A stretch of DNA of 64,000 nucleotides, taken from assembly GCF_004010195.1 (NCBI RefSeq), contig NC_057711.1:70477018-70541017 (forward strand), in the 5' to 3' direction. A program made the translations under genes and the position numbers. The DNA comes from Chiloscyllium plagiosum. Taxonomy: Eukaryota. Shown piece after piece: positions 50,230 through 62,149 of this stretch (its first letter is position 1; each line of letters begins with the position of its first letter). The notes under the pieces are model-generated. The model ran no database searches. It worked only from the letters and a program-made list of their open reading frames with translations, and had not been told where the DNA came from.

Positions 50230-52085
50230 CACTAATCAGTCCAGGTGCAAACTGTTTCTTTTTAAGATTTTCTTTTCTTTCAAAGAGTGCACAACAGTTT
50301 ATCTCCTACCCAACGCTCCTAGGTATACAGGTGTATAAGGATTCTCGATGCTGAGTTTGAGCACTGCACTCCATGCTTGCGTTTTTTTTTTCTTTCATAT
50401 AATTTATGAATTTGTTATTCATGGCTACTAAATTATCTGCTGAAGGAATATGCTGTTTATTTTGATCTAATGCTGTTTGGAAATAGAGTAAATCTGAGAG
50501 CTGGGGCTGATTTTCATGTCCTGCTCTTTGTCAGTTTTAAATCTTGAAGAAATGATGCAAATTTTGCTAGAGTCCTGAATGCTAAATCTGTTGAGAGTTT
50601 GTCTGTTTGCATTATTGTTTGCAAATCCCTGTGCATTTCGTACCTTAATACAGGAAAGCCTTATTCTAACTATCAGATATGTTCCTTGAAACTACTACTA
50701 AAATCAGAACTACTTATGTTGAAGCAAGTTATTCCCTGCCAAGTTGGGAGATGTGTTCCCAATCCCAGATTTTTGGTTCCACAGATAAAACAAAAATGAA
50801 CACAGCACAATTCACAGGAGCTGTAAACTCCATCAAATGATGAGGATTTTCTACTGTCTCAGTTCTTAGTACTTATACATCTCGAACTGTTTGAATTTCA
50901 GATTTGAAGAATGTCAGTTGCACTATTGCACCTTGTTCTTTTGCATTTTTTTGGAACAACACCCTTATTTAGAAATAAGAAAGGGATAATCACCTTGATG
51001 GGATTGAACTTTGACACACGCACCCTTTCCAAAGAAGGATCAGGATAATTGAAAAATTTCAGTACTTCCTTAATGAGCTTGAAAGCTTCCAATATGGAAT
51101 GTTACGCATTTGCTTTGTGATGCTTCCTTTTTGTCATCATGCCCTGATCGAGCTTGTTCCTGCTCAAGCTACATCAACTCCTCATGGGTCACTAGAAGTT
51201 CAACGTCATCTCAACATTTTCAGAAAAATCTGCCTTGTTGGCCATGATCACTGTGCCTTGCAAATAGATTCATTGGACTTATCCATGTTGTCACCTGCTT
51301 ATGATTGACTTTTACCTCATCCCATGCGCTTGCAATATTGCTAGTTGGCTGAATGATGTGTAGCCATGCTTGAATTTCCTTCTCTGTCTCATTGCTTGTG
51401 ACATGTCTTGCACAATTCACAGAAACCATTAATTCCAAGAAATGATGAAGATTTTCTATTGTCTCATTTATTGATATGTAGGTATCTATAACTGCTTGAA
51501 TTAAGGGTTCGAAGAGTGTCCATTGGATTATTGCACCTTGATCTTTCTTTTTTACTTGTTTTCTTAATACCGTGTCTTGAACATGGTGATAATTCCTTGA
51601 TCACTGGATTAGATCAAGGATGTGATTTTTTTTTAATAAGGAGGTATTCTTCATTGACCTATTTGAAGAGTTCATTGAGATTCAGAGGATCGCCTGGAGT
51701 TTTACTCAGAAGAAACAAAGCTGTGAGTAATACTTTCTCAAGTGCAATTTTTTTGTCTTGAAAACAACTTGGGAAAACGCCCTTCTTGACCTTCAAGCTC
51801 TCATTTGTGCCCTTCAAATTACAGTAAAACGTAATGTTGAAGTCGCCTCCCCAGACTCAAAATGTTCACTTTGCCTTCTCTTCAATGATGCTGCCAGACT
51901 TGAGTTTCTTCAGCAATTTCTGTTTTTGTTTCAGCTGGTACTTTGTTGCTTTGAGTCCTGGTACCGTTCTCTCTTCAGTTGAAGTAAATGTCTTATTGAG
52001 CATTGTGTTCCCAAAGAAAGCCCATGTTGTCCATGTTGAAGATTTGCTGTAGTGTATAATCTATCTCCTGATGATCTTCAGTTAA
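50230..52085 (-). mobile_element. Tigger/pogo DNA transposon fossil (DDE_1 transposase), with a nested pLTR at ~51835-51935
   Basis: Minus strand: YTLQQIFNMD..NKTFTSTEERTVPGLKATK; LLSKTPGDP..ITSLI*SSDQGIITMFK; NIASAWDEVK; EAFKLIKEVLKFF..DPSLER. Left boundary uncertain; no TIRs identified. Confidence 0.75.
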
Positions 52086-52474
52086 AGAGGTTAATTAATG
52101 ACTATTATATTATTTATACTTACAGCTTCTCCTTATCCTAATGTTTTATAGGCTGTGGTCCTTCCTTCAATCTGTCAAACTAAATATAAATTGAAATAAA
52201 GGTTTTGACATTTTAAAAATGTTAAAAACAGCACTTCACCTTCTTTGGATAGTCACTTTGTTAGCAGGTACGTTTATTTGTTTTTGGCTCTTAGTCTACA
52301 AACATAATCATTCCATATTTTCCAACACATGACACCCAGTACAGATCATCTCTTATGGCATTTAAGAGAGTAGTAAGTTATTCACTAAACTTTCATCTTT
52401 CGTTCTTTTTGGCGCATATAATTGTGAGCGGAAGCCCAAGTAAACTTGCTACATCTGTTGACTCTCATTGTATT

Positions 52475-55400
52475 GTTGAGAGGAGTTGCAGGGGGGTAGT
52501 CACTCCTCAGGTACAAGAAAAAGGCAAATGGGTTACAGTCCGGGGACGGAAAGGGAACCGGCAGGCAGTGCAGGGATCCCTTGTGGTCATTCCCCTCAAC
52601 AATAAGTATACCATTTTGGATACTGTTGGGGGGGATGACTTACCAGGAGAAAGCAGTGGGGCACAGGGCTCTGGCACAGAGTCTGTTCCTGCTGCTCAGA
52701 AGGGAAAGGGAAAGAGGAGCAGAGCAGTAGTCATTGGGGACTCCATAGTTAGGGGGACAGATAGTCACGGTTGGTGTGTTGCCTCCCCGGTGCCAGGGTT
52801 TGTGATGTCTCTGTTCGTGTTTTTGGGATTCTTAAGGGGGAGGGGGAGCAGCCCCAAGTCGTGATCCACATAGGCACCAACGGCATAGGTAGGAAGAAAG
52901 ATGGGGATTTAAGGCAAAAAGTCACGGAGCTAGGGTGGAAGCTTAGAGCTAGGACGAGCAGAGTTGTTGTCTCTTGTTTGTTGCCCGTGCCACGTGCTAG
53001 TGAGGCGAGGAATAGGGAGAGAGAGGAGTTGAACATGTGCCTACAGGGATGTTGCAGGATGGAGGGTTTGGATTCTTGGATAATTGGGGCTCTTTCTGGG
53101 GTAGGTGGGACCTCTACAAGCAGGATGGTCTTCATCTGAACCAGAGGGGTACCAATATCCTGGGGGGGAAATTCACTAAGGCTATTGGGGTGGGATTAAA
53201 CTAATCCAGCAGGGGGATGGGAACCAAAATTGTAGTTCGATTATAGAAAAGGTTGAGAGTAGAGAGGTCTGAAATCAAGTTTCAGGGACGCAAGATGGCA
53301 CCGGCAAGCAAGAAGTTGGTTTGAAGTGTGTCTACTTCAACGCCAGGAGCATCCGGAATAAGGTGGGTGAACTTGCAGCATGGGTTGGTACCTGNNNNNN
53401 NNNNNNNNNNNNNNNNNNNNNNNNNNNNNNNNNNNNNNNNNNNNNNNNNNNNNNNNNNNNNNNNNNNNNNNNNNNNNNNNNNNNNNNNNNNNNNNNNNNN
53501 NNNNNNNNNNNNNNNNNNNNNNNNNNNNNNNNNNNNNNNNNNNNNNNNNNNNNNNNNNNNNNNNNNNNNNNNNNNNNNNNNNNNNNNNNNNNNNNNNNNN
53601 NNNNNNNNNNNNNNNNNNNNNNNNNNNNNNNNNNNNNNNNNNNNNNNNNNNNNNNNNNNNNNNNNNNNNNNNNNNNNNNNNNNNNNNNNNNNNNNNNNNN
53701 NNNNNNNNNNNNNNNNNNNNNNNNNNNNNNNNNNNNNNNNNNNNNNNNNNNNNNNNNNNNNNNNNNNNNNNNNNNNNNNNNNNNNNNNNNNNNNNNNNNN
53801 NNNNNNNNNNNNNNNNNNNNNNNNNNNNNNNNNNNNNNNNNNNNNNNNNNNNNNNNNNNNNNNNNNNNNNNNNNNNNNNNNNNNNNNNNNNNGTGTCCGA
53901 GATAAGTATGTACCTGTCAGGCAGGGAGGAAGCTGTAGAGCGTGGGAGCCGTGGTTTACGAAGGAAGTGGAATCTCTGGTCAAGAGGAAGAAGGCGGCTT
54001 ATGTTAGGATGAGATATGAAGGCTCAGTTAGGGCGCTTGAGGGTTACAAGGTAGCCAGGAAAGACCTAAAGAGAGAGCTCAGAAGAGCCAGGAGGAGACA
54101 TGAGAGGTTGTTGGCGGCTAGGATCAGGGTAAACCCTAAGGCTTTCCACAGGTATTTAAGGAATAAAAGAATGACAAGAATAAGATTAGGGCCAATCAAG
54201 GATAGTAGTGGGAAGTTGTGTGTGGAGTCAGAGGAGATAGGGGAAGCACTAAATGAATATTTTTCGACAGTATTCACTCTAGAAACGACAGTGTTGTCGA
54301 GGAGAATACTGAGATACAGGCTACTAGACGAGGTGGGATTGAAGTTCACAAGGAAGAGGTATTAGAACTGCAGAGTGTGAAAATAGATAAGTCCCCTGGG
54401 CTGGATGGGATTTATCCTAGGATCCTCTGGGAAGCCAGGGAGGGGATTGCCGAGTCTTTGACATTGACCTTTAAATCGTCATTGTATACAGGAATAGTGC
54501 CAGAAGACTGGAGGATAGCAAATGTGGTTCCCCTGTTCAAGAAGGGGAGTAGAGACAACCCTGGTAATTATAGACCAGTGAGCCTAACTTCAGTTGTTGG
54601 TAAAGTGTTGGAAAAGATTATAAGAGATAGGATTTATAATCATCTAGAATAATTTGATTAGGGATAGTCAGCACGGTTTTGTGAAGGGTGCCTCACAAAC
54701 CTTGAGTTCTTTGAGAAGGTGACCAAACAGGTAGATGAGTAAACCGGTTGATGTGGTGTATATGGATTTCAGCAAGGCGTTCGATAAGGTCCCCACAGTA
54801 GGCTATTGTACAAAATGCAGAGGAATGGGATTGTGGGAGGTATAGCAGTTTGGATCAGTAATTGGCTTGCTGAAAGATGACAGAGGGTGTTGGTTGATGG
54901 GAAATGTTCATCCTGGAGTCCAGTTACTATGGTGTATCGCAAGGGTCGATGTTGGGTCCACTGCTGTTCGTCATTTTTATAAACGACCTGGATGAGGGCG
55001 TAGAAGGGTGGGTTAGTAAATTTGCAGATGACACTAAGGTTGGTGGAGTTGTGGATAGTGACAAAGGATTTTGTAGGTTACAGAGAGACGTAGAGAAGCT
55101 GCAGAGCTGGGCTGAGAGATGGCAAATGGAGTTTAATGCGAACAAGTGTGAGGTGATTCACTTTGGTCGGAGTAACCGGAATGCAAAGTACTGGGCTAAT
55201 GGTAAGATTCTTGGTAGTGTATATGAGCAGAGAGATCTCGGTGTCCAGGTACAGATCCCTGAAAGTTGCCACCCAGGTTGACAGGGTTGTTAAGAAGGCA
55301 TACAGTGCTTTAGCTTTTATTAATAGAGGGATCGAGTTCCTGAACTATGAGGTTATGCTACAGCTGTACAAAACTCTGGTGCGGCAGCACTTGGAGTATT

Positions 55401-55911
55401 GTGTACAGTTCTGGTCACCACATTATAAGAAAGATGTGGAAGCTTTGGGAAGGGCGCAGAGGAGATTTACTAGGATATTGTCTGGTATGAAGGGAAGGTC
55501 TTACAAGGAAAGGCTGAGGGACTTGAGGCTGTTTTTGTTGGAGAGAAGAAGATTGAGAGGTGACTTAATGGAGACATACAAGATAATCAGAGGGTTAGAT
55601 AGGGTGGACAAGGAGAGCCTTTTTCCAAGTATGGTGATGGCGAGCACGAGGGGGGCATGGCTTTAAATTGAGGGGTGATAGATATAGGACAGGTGTCAGT
55701 GGTAGTTTCTTTACTCAGAGAGTAGTAAGGGTATGGAATGCTTTGCCTGCAACGGTAGTAGATTCGCCAACTTTAAGTGCATTTAAGTCGTCATTGGGCA
55801 GGCATATGGACGTACATGGAATAGTGTAGGTTAGATGGGCTTCAGATTGGTATGACTGGTCGGTGCAACATTGGGGTCGAAGGGCCTGTACTGCGCTGTG
55901 ATGTTCTATGT
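52475..55911 (+). mobile_element. Near full-length CR1 LINE: ORF1 SGNH esterase + ORF2 APE/RT, frameshifted, spans a gap
   Basis: VIGDSIVRG, VCCLPGARV, VVIHIGTN, DGLHLN (ORF1); LKCVYFNARSIRNK, NYRPVSLTS, SKFADDTK (55015-55038), WNALP, gttctatgtt tail. Confidence 0.95.
53395..53892. other. Assembly gap (498 N)
   Basis: N run. Confidence 1.
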
Positions 55912-56239
55912 TGGAGCACTTCTGATTTCTGAGTCCCAACACTCTTTTTGGGACTGTTGATCATAATTCTATTAGTTTTAAAATAGTTATGGGAAAGGAT
56001 CAGCCTTCCATAAAAGTTAGAGTTCTTAATTGGAGCAAGGCTTGTGTCTTCTATTTTGTAAGTAGTGGCTTCATTGTCATTTACAGGTACATTTGCTTGC
56101 GATCTTCCCTTTTTTTTTCAAAACTGCTGTATAGCAGGATAAAATTAAGAAGCAAAGTAAAGCAACACAAGCTAACATTGCTTGGACATTTTGTTAGTTG
56201 CACACCTTTCGGACCTTCCTGTGCACATGCTGTAGCATC

Positions 56240-57487
56240 AAACCAGAGGGAGTAGTGTTTTTGATTTAAGGAAAACATTACTGCTATATTTAGAGAGGAT
56301 TTTTCTGAGGGATCGTCCATTGAAATTATATCAGTAGAAATAAGAAAGGGATAATCACCCTTGATGAGATTGAACTGTAGGAATACACACACACACGCAC
56401 ACACGAAATTAAGAAGGAAAAATGTAGAGCTCTCTCTGAAATATGTAATAGTAGTGGATTTTAATTTTCCAAACATTGACTGTGACTGCCATCGTGTTAA
56501 AAGCTTGGATGGTGAGGAATTTGTTAAATGTGTTCAAGAAAATTTTCTGCATCAATATGTAAATATACCTAATTAGAGCAGGAGCAAAACTTGACCTTCT
56601 CTTAGGAAATAAGGCAGGGCAAGTGACTGAAATGTTAGTAAGGGAACACTCTTTTTGGGACTGTTGATCATAATTCTATTAGTTTTAAAATAGTTATGGG
56701 AAAGGATCAGCCTTCCATAAAAGTTAGAGTTCTTAATTGGAGCAAGGCAAATTTTAATAGTATGAGACAAGAACTTTTAACAAGATTCGAGTAGAATGTT
56801 TGTAGGTAAAGGACTAACTGACAAGTGGGAGGCTTTCAAACGTATGATATGAAAGTTCAGAGGCATTATGTTCCTATCAGTGTGAATGATAAAACTGTCT
56901 GGAGTAGGGAATAGTGGATGAATAAAGATCTTGAAGTTCTAGTCAAAAATGAGAAAGAAACATAGTAGATATCGACAACTGGGATCAAAAGAATCTCTTG
57001 AAGACTATAGGAGCATTCTTAAGCGGGAAATCAGATGGGCAAAGAGGGGACGGGAGATAGCCTTGGCAGATAAGGTTGACAATAATCCAAAAAGATTCTG
57101 CAAGTACATTAAGAGCAAAACAGCAACCTGAGAGAGATTTGGTCCCCCATGAAGATCAACAGGTTCATCTATTTTTTGAACTTCAAGTGATGGAAAAGAT
57201 AATAAAATAAATATTTTGCCAGTTTTTGCTGTGGAGAAAGAAGCATAAGCTAGAGAACATGGGGAAATAAATATTGATATTTTGAAGACCGTTCACATTA
57301 CAGAAGCAGAAGTGTTTGAAAGTCTTGGAAAACATAAAAGTGGGTAAATCTCCAGGACCTGATCAAGTGTATCCCAGGACGTTGTGGGAAATTAGGGAAG
57401 AAATTGCAAGGCTCCTAGCATAAATATTTCTGTCATCTATAACCACGGGTGAGGTGCTGGAGGACTGGAGGATGGTTAATGTTGTAA
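56240..57487 (+). mobile_element. Older CR1 ORF2 (APE to start of RT)
   Basis: VVDFNFPNID, FVKCVQENFLHQYV, NPKRFCKYIKSK, KSPGPDQVYPR. Confidence 0.9.
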
Positions 57488-59172
57488 TAGTTCCACTTTT
57501 CAGCACTAATTCCATAGTGTTGAATGTGTTTCACATTTCATGTGCTCATCAAAGTATTTTTTCAAAGGTTGTGAAGTTATCTGCCTCAACTACTCTGCAG
57601 ATAGTGGATTCTAGATCCCCACCATGCTCTTAGATTTGGAAAAAAGAAATTTGCCTCAAGCCCCCTCTAAACTCCCTGCTTTACACTTTTAAAAGTGTGT
57701 TATGCTTCAATTTAAGGAGAGAAGCTGTTTTCTATGTCGAAGCCCCTCACAATATTAGATGCCTCTCTCAGGACTCTTTTCCCCCACCCCCCTCTCCAAA
57801 CTTAATTCGCTCCAAAGAAAACAGCCTCTTTTCATAGTCAACATGCTCCATCCCAAGCAACATCCTCATGGATGTCTTCTGCACTCCCTCCAATGTAATT
57901 ATATCCTTCCATTGATTTGGCGACCAGATGTTCACACAGTACTATGGCCGAACTAAAATTCTGTACAGCTCCAACACAACCCCTCTGTTGTTATAATCGG
58001 TTCTGCGCCTGATAATAGCAAACATTTTGTACAATGCCTTAACTACCCTATAGACTTGCTCTGCCATCTTCAACAAATTGTAGACTAGCATCCCAAGATC
58101 CCTCTGTTCCTTGGCACTTCCTAGTATCCTGCATTCATTGAGTTTTGTCTTGTTACTGCTTCTGAATTGCATCACCTCACACCTATCATTAAGTTCCATG
58201 TGCCACTAATCTGCCCATCTAACGAATCTGTTTATATCAACCTCTAGCCCAAGACCTCCCTCCTCTGCCACTAATCTGTCTCCTACCGCTGAGCCAATTT
58301 TGGATCCACCTTGCCAAGTTACCCTCATCCCACATGCTTTTATCTTCTTCATCAGTCTCCTGTGTGGGACCTTGTCAAAGGCCTTGCTGAAATCATTTTT
58401 AAACTGTACTGCCTTCTGTACACATTTGGTCACCTCTTGAAAGAATTCGAATTGTTAGGCATGACCACTTTCTGACAATGCAATGTGACTATGCTTTGCC
58501 TCTCTAAATGAAGATTTAATTCTCTCCGTCCCCTCTAATAGTTTCACTATCACTAATATGATACTGACTGCTCTACAATTCTCTGGTTTATCTCTACCAC
58601 CCATTCTTGAAAAGTGGAACCCCATTAGCTGCCCTTCAGTCCTCTGATACTCCTATGTGGTCAGAGATGAATTAAAAATCTGGCCCAGAACCCCTGCAAT
58701 TTCCTTCCTTGAATCCCGGAGTAGCCTGGGACACAGTTCTTCTCGACCTGGGGATTTGTCCACTTTTATGTCTGCCAAAACTTCCAGTGTGTCTTCCCTC
58801 CCTGTATTAATTTGCTCAAGAACCTCAGTCCATCTCCCTGAATTACGCACCTAAATCATCATCCTCCTGAGTCAAGACACCCATTTCAGATCCTATTCTT
58901 TCCCTGGTTGTTCTCTGCCCTTAGATCTACTTGTGGAATATATTAGGATTTTCACAATTTATTTTGTGCCCCTCTTTGCTCTCCTAATTGCATTCTTAAG
59001 ATCCTCTCCAATCCTGCAAACATTCTGGACTCCATTAAAGTTTTTGCATCTGTCATAGGTCTCTCTTTTCCATTTTATCCATTTCTCAATACTCCTAGAC
59101 ATTCAGGTGTTGGGCATCTCTGGGCTTCTTGCTCCTACATTTCACCGTTAAAGGAAACATGTTGGATTTGAA

Positions 59173-59488
59173 TGGCACGGTGGCTCAGTGGTTAGCACTG
59201 CTGCCTCACAGCGCCAGGGACCTGGGTTCAATTCCAGCCTCGGGCGACTGTCTGTGTGGAGTTTGCACATTTTTCCTGTGTCTGCGTGGGTTTCCTCCGG
59301 GTGCTCCGGTTTCCTCCCACAGTCCAAAAATGTGCAGGTTAGGTGCATTGGCCATGTTAAATTGCCTGTAGTGTTAAGTGAAGGGGTAAATGTAGGGGAA
59401 TGGGTCAGGGTGGGTTGCTCTTCGGCGGGTCGGTGTGGACTTGTTGGGCCGAAGGACCTGTTTCCATACTGTAAGTAATCTAATCTAA
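59173..59488 (+). mobile_element. Full-length HE1-type V-SINE inside CR1
   Basis: Intact A/B boxes, core, taatctaatcta tail. Confidence 0.92.
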
Positions 59489-59944
59489 AAAAGAAACTGC
59501 CACCTCAAAACTCCCAATTAATGTCGGAATTGAAATCCTCTCATAAATTATCCTGTTATTATTTTTATACATCTCGGTGAATTTCTACATACCTGCTCCT
59601 CATTTGCTCATTGACATTATTTGTTTGAGGGTCTATAATACACTTCTATCAGTGTGACTGTGCCTCCCCCCCACCGACACCTTATAAATTCCTAAGCTCT
59701 ATCCACTAGACCCCATTTGATCACCCCCTTCTGAGATATTGTCTCTCCTTATTGCAGTAGCTGATTCCTTAGTTAGTAATGCAACACCAGCTCTTCTTTT
59801 TACATTCCCTGACCCCTCATGTCTGAAGATTTTATACCCCAGAATGTTGAGTTGACAGCCTTGTTGCTCCTTCGACAATGTCTCTGTGATGGCAACAGCA
59901 TCACGATTCTGTGTGTCAGTTGATGCCCTTAACTCCTCTCCTAG

Positions 59945-59947
<3 letters not shown>

Positions 59948-59976
<29 letters not shown>
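59948..59976. repeat. (TAA)n microsatellite
   Basis: About 9-10 units. Confidence 0.95.
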
Positions 59977-60605
59977 GTAAACTCATGGCATGAAAGTAGA
60001 GGTAATCCAGCCTTGTATTACTCGAGACCCAAAATAGCTGAACTCCTTCTGCCTTACTTCTTTTTCTAAGGTAGACTATGTCACTATGGAACTGTATTCG
60101 CTGTCCTTGTCAAAGTAATTTAAACAGTTCCCAACAGCACTGGCAAATGTGTCCTCAAGGATGTTGGTCCCATTTTGGTTCCGGTGCAGACATCCTGCTT
60201 GCAGAGGTCACATCTTCCCTCGAAATAGTCCCTGTGTCCAGGAATCCAAAACCTTTCCTCCTGCACCAGCTCGAGCTGGGCATTTGTTGTCCAGTTCTGC
60301 TATTTCTGTACTCGAGCATGTGGCACTGGTAGTAATCCAGAGCTTACATCTTTTGAGGTCCTGCTTTTTAATTACTCCCGAGCTCCTTGATGCAACAATC
60401 ATCCCTCATTCTACCTACATCATTGGTAACAAAATGTTGTCACCCTTGTCTTGTCACCCTCCTCCTTAACTGTGCCCTGCAGCTTCCACTGACATCCCTG
60501 ATCCTGTCACTAGGGAGGCGATATACCATCCTGGAGTGACATCTGCAGACGCAGAAATGCCTGTCCGTTCCGCGAGCTAATGATTCCCCAATCGTTATCG
60601 CTCCT

Positions 60606-61390
60606 GGCTGAGTGGCAGTTGGAGTTTAATTTAGATAAATGTGAGGTGCTGCATTTTGGGAAAGCAAGTCATAGCAGGACTTGAACACTTAATGGTAAGG
60701 TCTGAGAGAGTGTTGATGAACAAAGAGACCTTGGAGTGCAGGGTTCATAATTTCTTGAAAGTGGAGTCTCCGGTAGATAGGATCATGAAGGCGGTGTTTG
60801 GTATGCTTTCCTTTATTGGTCAGAGTATTGAGTACAGGAGTTGGGAGATCATGTTGCAGCTGTACAGGACCTTGGTTAGGCCACTGATGGAATATTGCAT
60901 ATCGGAAAGATGTTGTGAAACTTGAAAGGATTCAGGAAAGGTTTACAAGGATGTTGCCAGGTTTGGAGGATTTGAGCTTTAGGGAGAGGCTGAATAGGCG
61001 TGGGCTGTTTCCCCTGGAGCGTCGGAGGCTCAGGGGTGACCTTTTAGAGGTTTACAAAATCATGAGGGGCATGGATAGGATAAATAGACAAAGTTTTTTC
61101 CCTGGGCTGGGAGATTCCAGAACTAGAGCGCATAGGGTGAGAGGGGAAAGATATAAAAGAGATTTAAGGGGCAGTTTTTTTCACACAGAGGGTGGTATCT
61201 GTATGGAGAAAGTGGTGGAGGCTAGTACAATTGCAACATTTAAAATGCATCTAGATAGGTATCTGAATAGGAAGGGTTTGGAGGGATATGGGCTGGGTGC
61301 TGGCAGGTGGGACTAGATTGGGTTGAGATATCTGATTGGCATGGACGGGTAGGACTGAAGGGTCTGTTTCCATGCTGTACATCTCTTTGA
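60606..61390 (+). mobile_element. CR1 3' portion inserted into ORF1 of the minus-strand CR1
   Basis: YRTLVRPLMEYC, LERIQERFTRMLPG..RGDLLEVYKIMRG; same subfamily as 19812-22608. Confidence 0.92.
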
Positions 61391-61392
61391 CA

Positions 61393-61800
61393 ACTCCTTT
61401 CTTCTTCCTCCCCTCCTGTACAGTCAGGCCGCTTGTGGTGCCAGAAGCTTGGCTGTAACTGCACTCCTTTGAGGAACCAGTGCCCTTATCAGTATACAAA
61501 ATAGAAAACTGATTTTTGAGCAGCATCCTTGGGGAGTTGTGCACTACCTGCCAAATTCTCTTTAACTAGCTGGTGATCATCCATTCCTTTCATTCCTCCA
61601 GTCCTTTAAGCTGCGGTGTGGCCACCTCTCTAAATGTGCTGTACATGAAACTCTAAGCCTTGTGCGCATGACACTGTCTCCAGCTGCTGCTTGAACTCTT
61701 AAACCCACAGCTCGACTTTATGTAGTTGGGAGCACTTTCTACAAATGTGGTCACCTTGGATGCTATTATGGTCCACGTATGACAGGTCACATATTCCACC
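61393..61800 (-). mobile_element. CR1 ORF1 N-terminal part (Cys motif)
   Basis: Minus strand HICRKCSQL, FREVATPQL, KNQFSIL; parallels VVTPQV..NNKYTIL at 52495-52620. Confidence 0.65.
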
Positions 61801-62149
61801 TAATTTTGTTTTGCTAGCTAACTTTTTGAATTGCTTAATCTTAAAAACGAAACTCTCCTTACCTTTAGTCTCCTGTTCTTATTCACTGTTACTTTATCCC
61901 TGGTGCTTTTCAGTTAATCTTTAGTTAATCCCCTTTAATAACTTAACACTTTTTTAAAGTAACTACTATTTAGGGTTAGACTCTAGCTAATAAGGAACTA
62001 TCTTTTTAATCGGTACACCGCTTTCCTGTGATATCACTCCAGTGTTTGCTTTTCCAGTTCAGATATTTTTGGATTAACCTGTTGAGAGATCTTGCACCCC
62101 TGTGGAGCAGATGGGACCTGAACCTGGGCTTCCTGGCTCAGAAGTAATA

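Larger units (their letters stand above)
57490..60605 (-). mobile_element. Decayed CR1 with ORF2 and ORF1 esterase; 5' ORF1 part continues at 61393-61800
   Basis: DFSKAFDKVPH, KSPGREELCPRLL, VAITET, DSLARGTDRHFC on the minus strand. Confidence 0.85.
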
